Assembly (NCBI GenBank): GCA_051294375.1
Contig: CM119267.1
Span: 26,696,495 to 26,760,494, forward strand
Direction: 5' to 3'
Length of the DNA: 64,000 nucleotides
DNA from: Paraspadella gotoi
Taxonomy: Eukaryota; Animalia; Chaetognatha
Position numbers and translations under genes: made by a program. Shown piece after piece: positions 63,492 to 64,000 of the stretch (its first letter is position 1; each line of letters begins with the position of its first letter). The notes under the pieces were generated by a model. It had not been told where the DNA came from. It searched no databases and was given only the letters and a program-made list of their open reading frames with translations.

Positions 63492-63611
63492 GTTGGCTTT
63501 CTAGTAATCCTTTTCCCTTTAATTAATTCCAGTTATCCATTTCCCTTAATTAATAATTATTCATCCCTCACCTCGTCCCCATATTTTGCCCTGCCTCGTC
63601 CCGCATTCAAG

Positions 63612-63763
63612 GGTCGTGGCTAGAAATCGGAACCTCGATCTCGCACTATGTGATCGTCATGGCAACAATCGTCGCTGTGATTATCTTCTTCAAATTCGCC
63701 TCAATTCTCACCACCGCCAGCCTCACTCTTTGGCCGACGCCGCCCAAGCCTAAACCATTTTGA
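63612..63763 (+). CDS. PIGN: PIGN last coding exon (stop TGA 63761-63763)
   Basis: GSWLEIGTSISHYVIVM matches PIGN GSWLDIGTSISHYVIVM; the C-terminus KPKPF* fits a KxKxx ER-retrieval signal. Confidence 0.95.
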
Positions 63764-64000
63764 ATCTCGTGTTTTGCTAGGCGGCCAGGGGTACCCAGGG
63801 TGGTGAAGGGACCCTAATGGCGGGCGGCGAGGCGTGACTGCAGTTTGGTTGGATCCTGTGACAGCGACAGAAATAGAGATTTGCCGAAACTCTAAACTAG
63901 TACCAAAACGAGATTTAAATCATTCATTTTTCTTTTATTTAATGCACCGCGAGTACTCGCGGAGTAGGGCGTTGAAAAATAACGAAATATAACAAATCAA

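Overview
AT-rich, repeat-saturated eukaryotic genomic window (intron-exon gene, metazoan-type transposons; probably an invertebrate animal, taxon not determinable). Almost the whole window is the 3' half of one + strand gene, a PIGN/MCD4 orthologue (GPI ethanolamine-phosphate transferase 1). Ten exons (1080-63763) splice in frame to about 438 aa ending KPKPF*, separated by either tiny (67-120 nt) or very large (up to 22 kb) introns. The introns contain: a decayed full-length CsRn1-clade Ty3/gypsy LTR retrotransposon (16863-23238); three families of non-coding miniature LTR elements (TRIM-like) sharing the PBS TGGTGAGCCC, one with a tRNA-like Pol III A/B-box module inside its LTRs; many DINE-1/HINE-like Helentron derivatives carrying tandem repeats; a 7.6-kb non-autonomous hAT element with an 8-bp TSD; several MITEs/foldbacks arranged as nested inverted repeats; and non-coding Penelope-like elements with minimal hammerhead ribozymes. 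The stretches at about 28.3-32.2 kb and 36.0-45.1 kb, and a 3.1-kb foldback at 45.1-48.3 kb, look like uncorrected long-read or amplification artefacts next to 25-N gaps. All calls were made by eye; no searches were run.
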